NCBI GenBank assembly: GCA_000165425.1
Contig: CT868429.1
Location: forward strand, 633,337-697,335
DNA length: 63,999 bases
Source of the DNA: Paramecium tetraurelia
Lineage: Eukaryota
Direction of reading: 5' to 3'
Positions 13,041-28,200 of this stretch are shown one piece after another; position 1 is the first letter of the stretch; the number at the start of each line of letters is the position of its first letter. Under the pieces are notes generated by a model that worked only from the letters and a program-made list of their open reading frames with translations, ran no database searches and had not been told where the DNA came from. The position numbers and the translations under genes were made by a program.

Positions 13041-14499
13041 TCATTTGGTTTATTCAATAAGCTAAAGCAATAATGCTTGATTCTTCATCATATTTAATTT
13101 TGGTCTTGTAAATAATGCGAAAACAGAAGTTAACAAAGTAGTATTAGAAATTTGGGCTAACATGTATCTCTTATATTCTGATTTATGATTAGCACACAAT
13201 AACTAATAAAATTATGATAATATTCTTTTCATTCTTTATTTAGAAATTAGAATAGTTGGTTAGTGTTATTTGATATTTTAAATCATTTAATTCATCTAAA
13301 TATTGAATTTGTTTCTTTATTACAGATAATATTGTTAAATCTTTCTTACCCTTAAGTAGAAATTCACAAACGATTGCTATAATTACGCTTGCTTTTGGAT
13401 GAAGCTTGTGTCTGCCAAACATATAAAGATAAGTTATGATATTTATTATTAAATTTTTTCATTCACTTAATTTGAGTATATTGAAAGGGTTAAATTGGCT
13501 TGAATTAATATTTTACTTTTTTAGCCAAAATTTTTATCATTCAATTGTTTCCATCTTTATGCATAGAGTTTTGGAGAATTAGACATGCATCTTAAAATTT
13601 TATTGATTTTAAAATGAGCATAAATTAATTCCATTTGCTAAAGGAAATTTATAGTAATAATCCATTAATGGATATATTTTTTCATCATTCTTGATTAATT
13701 TAATTATTTATATGATTATATTAGCATTCGTTAATATCTTTGAACTACATTTTGAGAGTATAATTAAAGTTTTTTCTGTTACACTTATAAAATTCTACTT
13801 TTTAAAGGTATTGATTCGGTTTTCTATTTGAGAGTGTTAAACCTACGATTTTCACTTAAAGATTTTAATGGAGGGACATTGCCGTCACTTAAGTGAGATT
13901 TTTCTATACAATTAGTAGTTGTAATAGTAGTAGTATTATTTTTAACAGTAATACACGATTCTTCATCTGTCCTATTGTTATTTTATGAGCAGCTTCTTTT
14001 TCTGTTTTATTCTTAACCATAATAACAAAGGAAATAGCATCTGTCTTTTTCGGATTCTTATGTAATACTAAATTATATACTTTAAAACCATGCTTTAAGT
14101 TTGACTTATGTACTAAAATCAGATAAGAGAGTAATAAATAGATATTGCTTATGTTCCTCAGGTCTCTTAATTACAATAATTTTTTATTATTTTATAACAA
14201 CATGTTTTTGATGATTTGTTTCGGATGGCTAGAAGGTTTAAAAGGAGAAGTAAGTGTTGCATTTAAATGCTCCAACATTGAAAAATATTTTTAATGGAAA
14301 ATAATCTTGAATCCTTATTTTAATATATTATGGATAGCCTTTCAATATGGAGATGCTTGACCATTAATCATTTTCTAATTCTAAACACTCATATTAGTAG
14401 TCTAGCTAATCCTATTTAAGTAGATAATTCCTCTATAAAATAATATAATACTAGAGTATATTTTTTGTATTAATAAGGTTGGTAGAAACTTGAATCCAT
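13041..14499 (-). CDS. Uncharacterised ciliate protein (~480 aa, with coiled-coil region)
   Basis: ATG at 14499 (MDSSFYQPYQYKKYTL), 19-nt intron at 14433-14451, open code-6 frame where checked, ends QALLLQLIEQTK-TGA. No recognisable domain. Confidence 0.6.
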
Positions 14500-14536
14500 A
14501 AAAGTCTTATTTTAAATAGTTTATATATTAAAACAT

Positions 14537-16128
14537 TCATTTTTTCTGAACTATGCACTCTTATAAATTAGTCTTAAACTCTTAGAATGTGATTTCGCCG
14601 TCTTTATTGATATCAAAGAAATCGAAGACTGCGCGAGTTTCATCTTCATTGATGCTTGGTTCAATTCTTTTCAACATTTACCCCATTTCTTTTAAATCTA
14701 ATCTCAAATCTGCAGACTTATCAAACTAATTATATTGATAGATTATACTTTTTTGAACAAATCAATAAGTTGAATGTTGTATTTGATAATAGAAAGCTTG
14801 AGTTTTTCTATCACATAATTAGCACGTTCTTCCACAGTATTTTTTCCTAAGATAGATTATTTTTTTGCTCTATCTCTAACCTGTTTTTCTTGTTTGACTT
14901 GAATCTAATGATATTTTAATTGTATACAGAATTATCTTCCAACCACTTTTTGAACTCTTCGAAATCTATTGAATTGCTCCCGTCCTCATCAAACTTATTA
15001 AATATATATTCGATTTCATCCCTTTAGATATCTTTATCAACTCTAGTTAAGAATCGACCTAATTCATTCACATCCAGGGCTTTATCCTTCGACATATCTA
15101 ATTCTGTGAACAATTAGGTGATGTCCAATTTATCCTTTATAATCATTTGTCTAATATCGTTTATCAAGTATTATGCTTTGTCTTCCAATTTGGAATTCCC
15201 CTTAACAATATCCTAAAAGTACTAGGCAACTGCAGGATGCTTGTATATTTCCTCCCATGATAGTCTTTTAGATTCATCGGCCTATAGACAACCGATAATT
15301 AAATCTTGAGTTTCTTGAGAGATTGGTATTTTATCAGTCGGGAACTTTAATGGTTATGTTCTGATATTCTTTAGTAATTCTGGAGGAGATCTTGCAGTCC
15401 ATGGGGCTAAAACATTAGAGAAATTCTACTTTTTCCAAAGAGGGCTTCATAAAAGATGAATCCAATACTCCAGACATCGGTTTTGGAGTTGTATCTTTTG
15501 TGATCTAAGATTTAGGGACTCATATATAAGGGAGTTCCAACCATTGAGGACATCATGTCTTTTTTGAAATTGTCAACGCATTTTGCAAACCCAAAATCGG
15601 CTAATTTATAGGTCTAAGGAGGAATAGGTATGTTTTGAATACTGTTTTATCTAGTAAGATATTGGCAGGTTTCAAATCTCTATGGATGATTCCATTTTTA
15701 ATGAGTTATGTGAAGCCAGTTAAGACATCGACTAAAAATTTAATGGCTTCTTTTTCTGTTAGATTTTTCTTTTTTTTGAGAAATCTAGATAATTAGAGAT
15801 TATTACTCATCAAAGTCACCTCCATCGCAAAATTCCTAAACTATATAATAATTATTTGAAGTTTCCATAACATCTAAAAGCTAGACAATATTTGGACTTT
15901 TCAACTTTCCCATAATTTTGATTTCCTATATTAATCCTTCTCTTAAGTAATCATCCCTTGAGTATAAAGAGGAAGATCATACGCATTAATGACGGATTTA
16001 TTAAGCATTTTGATGGCTACTTTCTCTCCTGTTTTTTCGTTGACTCCTTTGTAGACTGTTGCATAAGATCCCTCTCCAATCTTGTGATTGATATTGAATA
16101 GGTATTTATCAATCCTCTTATCTCCCAT
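14537..16128 (-). CDS. Ser/Thr protein kinase with C-terminal EF-hands
   Basis: IGEGSYATV, VAIK, HRDLKPANILL, ADFGFAK, VGTPLYMSPQ, DVWSIG. EF-hands DMSKDKALDVNE, DEDGSNSIDFEE and DINKDGEITFQE. About six introns. Confidence 0.92.
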
Positions 16129-16226
16129 CTAATAATAGATATTAATTTAATTGAATAGAGGAGATCAATAATTTATGTAATATTCTGTTGATTTGATTAT
16201 ATATTAATCATATAATTCAATCTATG

Positions 16227-19200
16227 TCATCCTATACAAAGGATTATTATCATTATAATAGATAGCAAGGTCGATTGTAAATACTTTTTGGGTATTATAA
16301 CAATTTCTCTCTTTGTCTTGAATTCAATTTATTTCATTTATTCATCTAAGAATACAATAAAAAATTACTGGTCATTAAATCTGGATTGCTAACTAAATTG
16401 TTATCTGCAGTGAAATATGCTTTGTAATAAGAATTGTCAAATAACAAAGTATAGTTGAAAATAGCATGTAGCTTTTGATCATCAGTGCTTGTTTTATTGC
16501 TATATTCAAATCTGATTTTGTAGACCCATTCCTATTAAATATAACTAATAACATTACCTTCTGAACTGGATAATTATTGGAATTAAGTCCCATTGAGACT
16601 TGTTTGGATGAAGGAGCAGGTGAATCAGCTGGTAAGACCAGAGTGTACAAATTACCAGTGTATCTCAGAGACACATTGAAATACACGGCATCTTCGGTGA
16701 CATTGATCTTAATGGGATTATACTTAAACTCTTAAGGATACTCGAAGTATTCCCAAGCAGTGTTGAAAATGTTCTGATCTACGACTTCTGGGATTTCTGA
16801 TTGCAACAGATCCAAGTTTTGTTAGATTAATCTAATATATTCGTATGGCGATAGACCACCAACAGTTGCATCTGGATTAATTTGGAATGTATATGTTACT
16901 GTTTGGGAGTCCAGTATTGATTGTACATCAGAGTCTAACTCACCATCAATTGTATATTTCTTGGGTTTCTCAATAGTTTAAAAGCTACTAGAAGGCAATC
17001 CAGTGACTAAACCGAATGCACTCAACAATTTGTCAATATCAACATCTTTGCCAAGAGTGATCTTGAATTAAGCAGGCTAGTATTTGGTTGCAGTTGTAAA
17101 GTCGAATTATTTGACTTCGGTATTGTTGTTGCCACTTAAATCTGTAACAAAGAAATAGAGGGAATAATCTGTTTATTCTGTCAATCCTTGGAGATCCAAA
17201 TAGACATCATTATAGATATAATCTGAGGTGACAGGAGCAATAAAGCTTTGATTATTTCCAAATTGGGTGAATACATTAGTCAGTTTTTGTTAAGATTTTA
17301 TTTGCTCCATGGTAGGTTTGGGATTGCCTTTCAAGGTCAAATAATAGTACAAGGTAACACTTTCATCAATGCTGGCTCTGAAATACATGCTGGTTCTTTT
17401 TACATTGACAGCATAATAATTTACTACTTCAGGTATTTTGTCATCAGTCTCTAAGATTTCAAAATTGACAATATTATCAAGTATTGTATATAAGGAACTG
17501 TATTTGTCAACTATTTCAAATTAGATCTGGCCTGATAAAGCAGTTTATTTGGTAGTGTATTAAAGTTGAATGGAGGTTGTGCCAGCAGGGAATTTGACTT
17601 ATCCAGCTGCATTGATGGGTTCAAATACCAATGAACTATCTTGATAAGGATTGATAGTTGTGAAATTGACTAGCAAGTCTTATGCAGCTGGTTAAGATAG
17701 AGTTAAAGTCATAGGTAATGATGTTCCACCTAAGGCTACTCTGAATACTCTTGGATTGATTGTCATGTATAATTGATTAGCAGTAGGTTTATCAACATAT
17801 TAAAAGAAGGAATCAGCCATCTCTGAAAACTTGGCAGTTGCTGATTCTACTTTGAGCCAACTGAATTGTTTTAATCCAACCTCAGTGGCATCATCATTAA
17901 TAGCCTAGATTTTGAAATACATCTCAGGTCCATTTGAAGGCAAAAACACTAATTCTGGTGGACTAAATTTAAATTCAGTTGACTAAGGGGTTAATGTTAC
18001 AGTATGACTGACAGACCTTTGGAGTGTAACCTTAATTGGTTTTGTTGTTAGATATCTAGGCAATGGGTCTATGCTTTCAACTGTGATAACTAATCCTTGT
18101 TGACTATAAGACAATGTTGAATTGGGTGATAGTGTTCCAAAGGTTTAGGCCACAATGTTTTTGTTTTGTGTGTCATAGATACTCACAACAAAATTATCAG
18201 TAGGACCTGCTGAACTTGGATTCTCGATATTGTCTAGAATGTAACATAACTATGCTGGACTATTCTTATTGCCCACATAAGCAGCAGTGTGACCAGAGAC
18301 AGCTATTCTTCTTAAGGAATTTGAATTCTTGCAGGAAGGAGATGAAGTTGAATTATCGTATGGCAATAAAGCATTATTGTGATCTAAACTGATATAACAA
18401 GGATAGCTCGATGATTTAAATGTAAATTGTTGTGGGAAATCTACAAACACTTAAGCTCCTAAAGGAATACTGATGTCTGTTTAAACACATAATGTGTAAG
18501 CAGCTTTAACTTACAAGTTTGTTGAAGAAGTAGCTAATTTAACCAATTTCATAGTCGATGGAGCTGCAGTTGGATTTATTTCAGCTGCCCCACTATTATA
18601 AGTCAAAACATTGTTGTTGGAGTCAGTTGTCAATACGTCAATGGATCCTTTGATAGCAGTTGTATCGAAATTTGGATTGGTTATTCCCACCACTGAAAGA
18701 GTGAACTCTGTGTTTTAATCAATATTGGCATTCAAACTGACAGTTAATTTTGAATTGGCAGCAGAACATGGAACAATTACATTTGTTCCATTTTTGAATT
18801 GTAAATTACATCCTAATGATAAATCAGATCTAGTCAATCCAGAAGGATAGGTATCAGTTGGAAATTGAATTTGAATAGTGCTGCCACTTGTCATATTTCC
18901 ACTTGATGTCATATTCAAAGAATAAGTTGACACTTCTCCTGCATTAGCTGGTTCCATTATGAAATTGTTAATAGTAAGTGAAGGAACAGCAGGCTTGTAA
19001 GTGAATTTCAAAGAGGAATCCAAAGGATCTGTTTAATCAAGTAAAACATTGTCATAATAGGTTTAAGCTTAAAATATTTTAGTACTTTCGAAAGAAGGAT
19101 TTTTCAGTTTCAACATTAAGAGTGTCAAAGATCCTCCTTGAGGCCAAGTGAATTGATTCTTGATTCTCAACAAATAATTATTGATGTCCGAAGCAGAATC

Positions 19201-22200
19201 GATAGAGTAGGTATAAGACAAAGCATCACTTGTCCAAGAAGCCCCTAATTTAGCTAGAGTGATTGAATTGGTTACAACTGATGCCCATTCTTTAGGCATC
19301 TTCAATACTATTTCTCCAGATGCTGGGACTCTATATGAATTTTGAATAACAAAAGTGTATGATGCTGTTACAGATTAAAAGTTATTGGTATTTGACAGTT
19401 TCATGTAAATGACACCTACATTTTTCTTAGCATAGAATTAAAATGGTGAAAATCCAATTTCATTTACTTTCTCTCCATTTGGATGATACATTGTCAAAAC
19501 ATAATCAGAGGCTAATGTTTATCCAGCATAATCAGAATTTTTAACTCCACTTAGTTTAATTTCCAACTCTTGCTGTGCTGGAATGTCTTTTGCTACAGTT
19601 ACCTTAATTCCAGTTGTAGTCAATACACAACTAGTAATGTAAACTGAATTTAACAAACTACATACAGCTGGAGGAGTACTAGATGTGACATGATTGTAAT
19701 TCAATAAACCACGATTGGGGAATGTAATATCAATTGAACCTCCAGCAGGAATCTTGTAACTTGGAGAAAATTTGAAATCGTAATCAACAAAGATATCACC
19801 TGCAAAATAACTACTTAATAGCATTGATTATGTGCTTGGAGTTGCTACATTTGGTGGAGTGATTCCACTTATAATGCAATCCACTCTTCTGTATTGAGAT
19901 TTTACAATCCTCATTCTAATATTATATGGAGTTGAGAATTCATAAGCAGGACCTCGTAATTAAGATATCTTTAGCGTATTAGTGCAACCAGTAACAGAGG
20001 CACCTGTTGGGAATGTGAAATAGATTTCTCTTGTTAATGGATATACGATGGTGGACATCTAAATCTAGTTCCATAACGCAGATATAGCACCATTTGATTC
20101 TGATGGGAATTCAAATTCTGGTGGGAATGTCAAAACAACTTAGTCTCCTGCCTAAAGTGGTTAATATGGAGTGGCTGGAGTTGTGCAATTGATGGATATT
20201 GGATTGATAATCACTTGCATGTAGGCTCCAACTACATTAGGGTCCATTAAAATTTCAGCACTTGTTGGACATGTGGTAAAAACTGTATAACAGAGATTGC
20301 CATAACAATTAGGATCATAAACAGGTACAAAGTCAGTTGAATCTTAAATCAGTTCCACCTTTGTGCCATCACCCTTCTTTTTATAAGCTGATAGAGTGAC
20401 ATTTCCTTTATTCTAATAAAATTACCCATTCTTAATATTCAAAAAGTGAACTTCTATTAAATCACCTTAACTGATATAATCAAAACCTCTAACTTCTATG
20501 ATTGCTGGATAATCAGGAGATTATTAGCTTGAAGCAATTAATGTACATTACAATGTACCTTTCAAGTTTCCGAAACCTTGACATAGGACATCTGTACTTG
20601 ATTAACCTAGATTTAATGGGAATCCTGGATATCCACTATTGACAAAATCTTTGGTATTAAATTTATATCTTAATGTTCCAATAGGAGGAGCACTTAAAGG
20701 ATCCTGACCTGAAGACGAAGTATCATAACCTGCTGGAATATCAAGTGGAGCTGTGAACGTTGCTTTAATAACAGTATATTGATTGGCTTCTCTAATTGTT
20801 GATTTGATAGAGAATGTAGGATCAGTAGCTGATGTAATTGGATCAGGGACCGCATATGCTTAATTGTAATTGTATTCTCTTTACACATTACCACCAGAAT
20901 CTGTTGAATCAATAAACACTTAGAATGTGTCATCTTAAGGTGTGGATGGTAACTTAATGCCATTGCCACCAATTGCATTCTTTGTTGTTACAGTAACCAT
21001 TGAACATTCTGGCTTTAATCCATAAGTGTTATCGGTACTCAAAGTAATCTTTCTGTCTGAGGTGATTTTGCAATTAACAGAATCCAAATCTGAATGATAT
21101 TCATTACTAATTTGACAAAGTGCATCTCCACCATTTGCTAGATCATAAGCAAGTGGTAACCAGATTTGTACTTGTGTATTTGAATTATCTGTTGTAGCTG
21201 GATGACTTGTTCTAGGTAACACTCTCATATGAACTTCAGCATAATCATCTGTTTAAGCTCTTCTATTCTCATATGAGATGGTATTTCTCCAAACTCTAAA
21301 AAGATTTGGTTATTTGACAGTATTTCCTCCAACCCAAGTTTATCCATCTGTGCCTTTGGATTCATCTATTACATATGATAAATTGGTTGAACTCTCATAA
21401 GTTTTACCATACCAACTGCCAGTCCATTTCTCAGAATTTGGATTGGTTAAGTTAAAATCAATTATCATCCATTAATCTTCCCCATGTCCTTAATAAGTCT
21501 AGAAATTATCAATTTCTATAAGCCACTTGTCAATGGGAGCTGGCAATTTTGTAATGACACAAGTAATTTTATTATCTAGATCAGCAGGATCTCGACTTAC
21601 TAATCCTCTATTAACTTTACAGTCTTATATATTTTAATAGTCATTTGGTGCCCAAAGTCTGATGTGTTTCATAGCCGAAGTAGTGGTTTGGAAATGAATT
21701 CCCATATGATGTCTTACCATAGTGTTTTAAGCATTGTCATTTGTAGTTGTTTAAGAAACAATATATAATTGCCCAGTAGTAGGAGATATCTTCCCTCCAT
21801 TGAGTTGATATGTCTGATTGCTAATCAACCTATTATTTCTCCATATGTAGATTCTTAAAGGCGATGCTTATGCAATGTTATTGCTAATTGTTGGATCGTT
21901 AGTAGGATTATTCTATTTATAAACAAAGGGAGGATTTATAAAATTACCAGATTCCCTTTACTACCATTTAATAGTAGGATCCTAAATGGCAGCACTCATA
22001 ACCCACCAATGATTATAGTGTTAAGGAGTACATGGAGACAAGTAGCCATCTGAAAAGTTGGCATTGTATCTTCTTTGTAAACAATACCCTTTCATAGGCA
22101 AAGTATAAGGATAATTGAAATCATAGACAATTGTATCAAACCATTACACATTGTTATCACCAAAATAAGATTGCTATTGGGATAGAGCCACCTATGATCT

Positions 22201-25200
22201 TGAAATACCCCAAGTTGAAGTGGATGCTGCTGAGGGACTTGGAGGAGCATAAAGTGATGGAGGGAGATGCCAACAATAGTGTTCGTTCTGCGGATAGAAT
22301 GTACCATCCTCTTAAATGACTTCTACTGAGATTTTCACATGTTGGAAGGCTCCTTGGACATAACCATTACGAAAATCAGCAATTTGGAAATGGAACCTCT
22401 CTGCTGCTGCAATAGCATCAAAATAACTTCCAACTATATAAGATGGAGTGTTATTCCACACTTTATCTTGGCCTTTGATATTGTAACATTCAATATAGGT
22501 ATTACCTTTAGGTTGCAATGGTCTATTTGCACCAGTGGTCTTGTACATACCATTACAAGCTACTTGTGCTCTGTCATCAGTTGCTGCCATTCTATTAGTC
22601 AAATCCATTGGCCAAGACTCTTCTAATTCATTATGTGTTATAAACTCAAAAACTAATCTAGAATAGGTAAGTAAACTTGGATCACCAGCAGGAATTGCAT
22701 TGGTTTCAGTTTGAGCAGTAAAATTGAGAATAGTCCAAGTTGGATCACCACCAACTGTACTTGCTTCCCAACCAACACTTTAACAATCAAATCCAAAGCT
22801 ATCAAATGGGCATCCTGGAATCTAGGCTTCAAACCAACCCTTGTCATTTGTATTTACACCATTCTACATAGCAAAGAATGTGATCCAATTTAAATCCGAT
22901 GGGGATCTAACAACCCATCCATCGCCACCAAATTAACCGAATGTTGTAATTACTAATTCCCATTCATCTCCTACATGTATATCTATTTCTTCAGGAATAT
23001 AAATTTGTAAGGTGCCACCATTAACTCCAGCAGTCCAATCACATCGATGAGATTTGATATTGACTAATTAGAAGTCATTCGGGTCATTGAAATAACAGAC
23101 AATGTATTTTTGAGTTGAAACTGGCCAAAATGTATTTTGCATCCATAATTCAATATAATCATTTGGATACACCAAATTTTAATCTCTCAAAATAAATCTC
23201 AATCTAATTGGTCCCTTTCTACCTCCACAAATGATATAAGGATGTTAATATCTGTCCCAAAGAGTAACAATTAAATTACCTCCTTAGATAATTTAAGTAA
23301 GTGGAGTATTCTCAAAGAAGGTTTCTTCATCAATCAACCAAGTATTCTAGTTCTGATCCCAATATGTCCTCCAAATAAATGGAACTTAAGTTTACACGTT
23401 TGTTGGATTCACAATATCAAATTTAACACTTAAATACCCATCAATATTAGGATCGTAATCATTCAACCAATCCTTAATTATGATGATTCTGCTAGCTGGA
23501 ATAATATCACATCCACTGTCTTATAAATTTTAGGATACTGTGCAATATTGATCAGTGAACACCCAATCATAACTTGGTAATGGAGGGAATGTAAAGACTA
23601 TTTTACCATTCTTAGGAATTTTATTATAAGGCAAGAACTTCAATTCATAAGTTTAAGGAGCTGCAGTTTCAGCTGGAGCAGGAATAGGATCAATAGACAT
23701 TTATTTAACTGTTGTAGATGTCTAATAAGCCAGTCTGTATTATGTTGCAGTTGTGAATACACTGTATTCAGTATAAGATCGAACTCCGATCTCTATGAAT
23801 AAAGTCATTTTATAATTGACTCCAGTGGGTATCTTGTATGGCATATTTTTGAATTTCTGAATAGTCAAAGTTTATGTAGCTGACTTAGTTAGCACAACCT
23901 TAGGAACAAAGGTAATCCATTTTGCAAGTTTATAAATAATTACAATATGATTGGTTGCAGTAGTGTATTCTATGTAATTGTATGGGTATAATCCACCATT
24001 TGAATATAGAGTACCGGTTTCTGGATTATAAGGGTGCTCAAAAATAGTTTCAACATCGTCTGTACTCAATACCCATCTGTCATGGCAATAATCTAACAGG
24101 TCATCATAAGGATTATTGACTGTGGCTGTTACTCCTGACATTGCTCCAACCATATTTACTGTGAATGTTGGGGGTGTTATGGCAGTGTAAGTAGTAAAAG
24201 CATCAGGAATTGTATGGAATGTGTAAAAGTGAACAATTTCAGAATGATTTCTAGTTGATTTAGTACTTGCTTAGAATTCATAAGCCAACATTGATATTTT
24301 GCCATATGTGTATGAAGTTGATGGTAATTTTATTTTCGGGAAGGAAATTTCAACTATTTATTATGCTACCATGTCTTATTATGGATTCAACCATATTTCT
24401 ACTGGTGCTACTCTGTGACTAGATCCTTGGTACACATAACATTTGAAAAATGGTTCCAATGGATCAATATTACTAATTTGAGGACAAGTGCTGCAAAAAC
24501 AATCAATCTCTTAAGCATTCTTGGTAAATCTACCTAAACCATTAGGGAACTATGATTATAAGTTGTCATCATCCATGGTTGGCAACTTTAGAATAATCTA
24601 ACCCCAATTGGTATTTAAATTGGAGGATAATGTTCTTCTTAATCTAAAGCTAACTGTAAGGTCTGTTTGAGTATCTATTGTTCCTTAATGTACAGCAACA
24701 TTAGTCTAGTATGTAGGTACTGTTGTTTCATCAAATCGATAATTCTAATAAGTAACGTATTTTTGGTAATCCGTTGTGCCTATTGTGATTTTCTTATCCT
24801 TAATATTAGCAATAGGAACTGAATCGTCAGTATCGTCATGCCATTAATAAGTGAAATCTGTTTATCCAATTTCTTAATGTCTCCATACCATAATTTTAAT
24901 TGTTACTATATCACCTGATGCAAAACCTGTATCTGAGGGTGCATACATTGTTATTTTATCATAGTTGGCTGAAGTATCTCCATTTCTACAATTCATGGCA
25001 GCTAAATTATTCCAAAAGCAAGCAAATTGTAATCTTTTGGTATTAATAGGCTGTTTGATTGTGACAGTCATGAAATTGTTGGTATCTATTACCACAGTGT
25101 CTGTCTACTTTGTTATTGCACTAGTCAATTTAACAGTTAAAGTGATTGGTCCTATTTCGCTATCTTACAATAATATTTAAGGTGCTTTAATGTAAGGCAT

Positions 25201-28200
25201 AGCTAATCTCATTTTAGTAAAGTTTATTATAGTCTAAGCTGTCAAAGTGTTTGATTAAATTAGTAAAGTAGAGGTATCCAAATTATCTGCAAAAAACTTC
25301 ACTGTGATGCTTTTGCTACCAGGTGTTGTAGGAGTTTAAACCTAGATTTTTGCTGTGATTGCTTTAGTAGCCTTGATTGGAGTATTGAATATTATCTTCT
25401 TAGTTTATGCATCTATATCTGTACAAGTAGTCGAATATTCTAGATTTGTAAGATCATCGAAAATTTTGCAATATCCACCACTCAAAGTATAATCAGTAGG
25501 GAATATGATTCTAAATTAGTAATTGGTCTTTACTGGACCCAACAGAGTCATAGGAATCAGCATGACTGACAAAAAGTCTTTCATTAAATCTGAGTTACTA
25601 CTCACAGTACCATAATTAGCAATGTTAGATTATGTGGTTGTCACTGAGGTTGTAGTAGTTGCAACCTAAACAATAGTTTTGGTTTGGTAATTGATGAAAG
25701 ATGCAGTAACTGCATGAGATTTAGTAAGAACATAGCTTGGTTAAATGAGACCATTGGTTATTGCCATAGTGATTGAAGTTCCTGTAGAATAGCCTGTTGG
25801 GAATACTATGAATACATTTTGCGAATCTAATGGGTCAATTCTAGAAGCAGTGCCACCAATAGTAGCTGCAAATATAGTGTAATCTTCTCCCCATATAAGA
25901 GGATCATAAGAAATTTTGACTATTGATTCATAATTGGGATCCACATCCTTTGTGAGACTAACCTAATATTAGTAATTGATTTGGGAGAAGCATGGTAAAG
26001 GTGTGATGGTTAAAGTACCAGTAGTGGATGAGGTGGCTGAGGATGCTGGTAAGGTATAAGCAGCAGCATAAGCATAGGTGTATTCATAAGAGTCAGCTCC
26101 AGATATTCTAATTTCGTAATCCATGATTAAATCAGTTGTTGAAGGATTCTTAAGATTTTGGATCACAAATTGTACTGTAGCTCCACTACCCAAGCCTGTA
26201 AAGTTGGTCAATCTAACGAATGAATGTGGTTTTTAGAAATCAACTATTCCATAGTACAAATAACATTTAAAATAGAGACCCAAGTTGCCAACCTTATCCA
26301 AACATCCAATTCTCTATCCATTTAGTATGCCAGTATTGAGATTATTTGTATTCAAGATTTTGAGTGATCCATCACTTTGAACATCTCTGATGGGAATTAA
26401 GACATCAATATAATCAGAAGAAGCCAAGGATTAAGTGGTCTTGTATTTGACGTAGAAGTTAGTTGACTCAGAAATGTGATCAACATAGCTTTGAGTGACT
26501 AGATCAGAAACTTGATTGTTATAGATAGTAAATGGCAATACTTGAGAATAAGTGAGTGTTGCTCCTGCAAAGAATTTAAATTTCAGTTGGTATTGTCCTT
26601 ATAATGCAGGTTCTGATAAGAATTTGATAAGGTTTTGATCATATTTGATTATCAATTCATAGACCTTATCCTTAACTAATTTTGGATTCAATGTAGTGAC
26701 TGTTGCTACGCTGTAAGTAATAGTAATTTTTTTATTTGTGGTATCTACAGTACATAAAGAAGGGACATGTTTGGCTAATTAAGTAGCCTTCTCTTTAAAC
26801 ATGCATTTCAATCTATTAGTTACATCAAAGTTACCCAGCCCTAAATTCGCGGACTCGATAGTAAAGGTACCACTTGATGATAGATCAGCAAGCAATGAGA
26901 ACTCAATCGTTAACTATCTTTCTACACCCTTAACTATTGCTTTGAAATTATCATAAAATAATTGCAATCCAAATGGTTATTTAACCACTCCTGATAATTG
27001 ATGTCCTGATGCTGTATTTGAAGCTGTTATTGAAGCTGCTGTGCAAGAGGCTATTGCTATTGGTGTAGACTGGTTCTCATAGATTGTAATAGTGAATTAA
27101 ACGGATCCAGCTGCAGCGGCAGTCTTCTTTTTGTATTTGATACAGATTTGACTATTACTGTTCATTTCGAGATATTCTGACAGTCTCATCCCATATGGAT
27201 TAGAGGTAATTTATGAGAACTTAGGTGGATACCCACTGTATGGAATATATTAGTTAATCAACGAGGATCCTGAACCACAGGTCACTTCATATGACCAAAT
27301 GTCATTATATGCAGAATTTGTAGTTGTAATTTCAATATATTAATAACATGTTGAAGTAGACACACACCCATTATGGTTGAAAGTCTTGAAGTTAGAGGGA
27401 AGTGTGAACGAAAACTCGAAAGAGGTGGAATCTATTTGTTGGGCAGAGCAAGTTGCAAAACTTAGACTGCTAGCACTTGTAGATCGAGTCAATATGATTT
27501 TCTCTTTAATAGATCTATCTGTTTTATCTAAGATGAGCACAATGGCTGCAATATCAGTAAGTGAAGAAGTAGGATAATATGGCAATTCTATATTACTCAA
27601 TGTAAATGCAATATCTGATTATCCATTGGCCATCTTTCCTTCAAAATAGCCCATTCTTTAATTAGTATAAGTATTATCTAAAGTTGTAGTTGTTGATGAT
27701 GACGAGATTGTAGCTGTGGAGGAGAGCATTTTCATTTGATTATATGTACCATATTTCACTGAATAGCCGCCAATAAGTTTAATGGCAAAATAATCGTCAT
27801 CAGCGAATGAATTAATACTTTGCTAAGTGTATATTGTAGAGGATGTTATTGTGCCAATAGATTAAGCAGATCCAATATGATTCAATGATCCACTATTACT
27901 TAATGGAGCTGAAGGATTCAATTCACTTAATTTAATTATGAAACTTTCTCCAAACTTATAGATCTAATTGTTACCCTATCCTTTAATATAAAAACCGAAC
28001 TAAAACATTTTGGTCATGATCCAATAAGTTGGTGCAGAGTATTAATATTAAAACCATATTTTAATGCTGTTGATACTAGTACTTTGTTATTCGAATTTGC
28101 TAATGATGATTCTGTTATTGAACGGATCTCTGTGAGCAGTAGCTGAACCAATTGAGTTCAATCTAAAAGCAGGCACAAATTCACAATCTGAATTCTAAGC

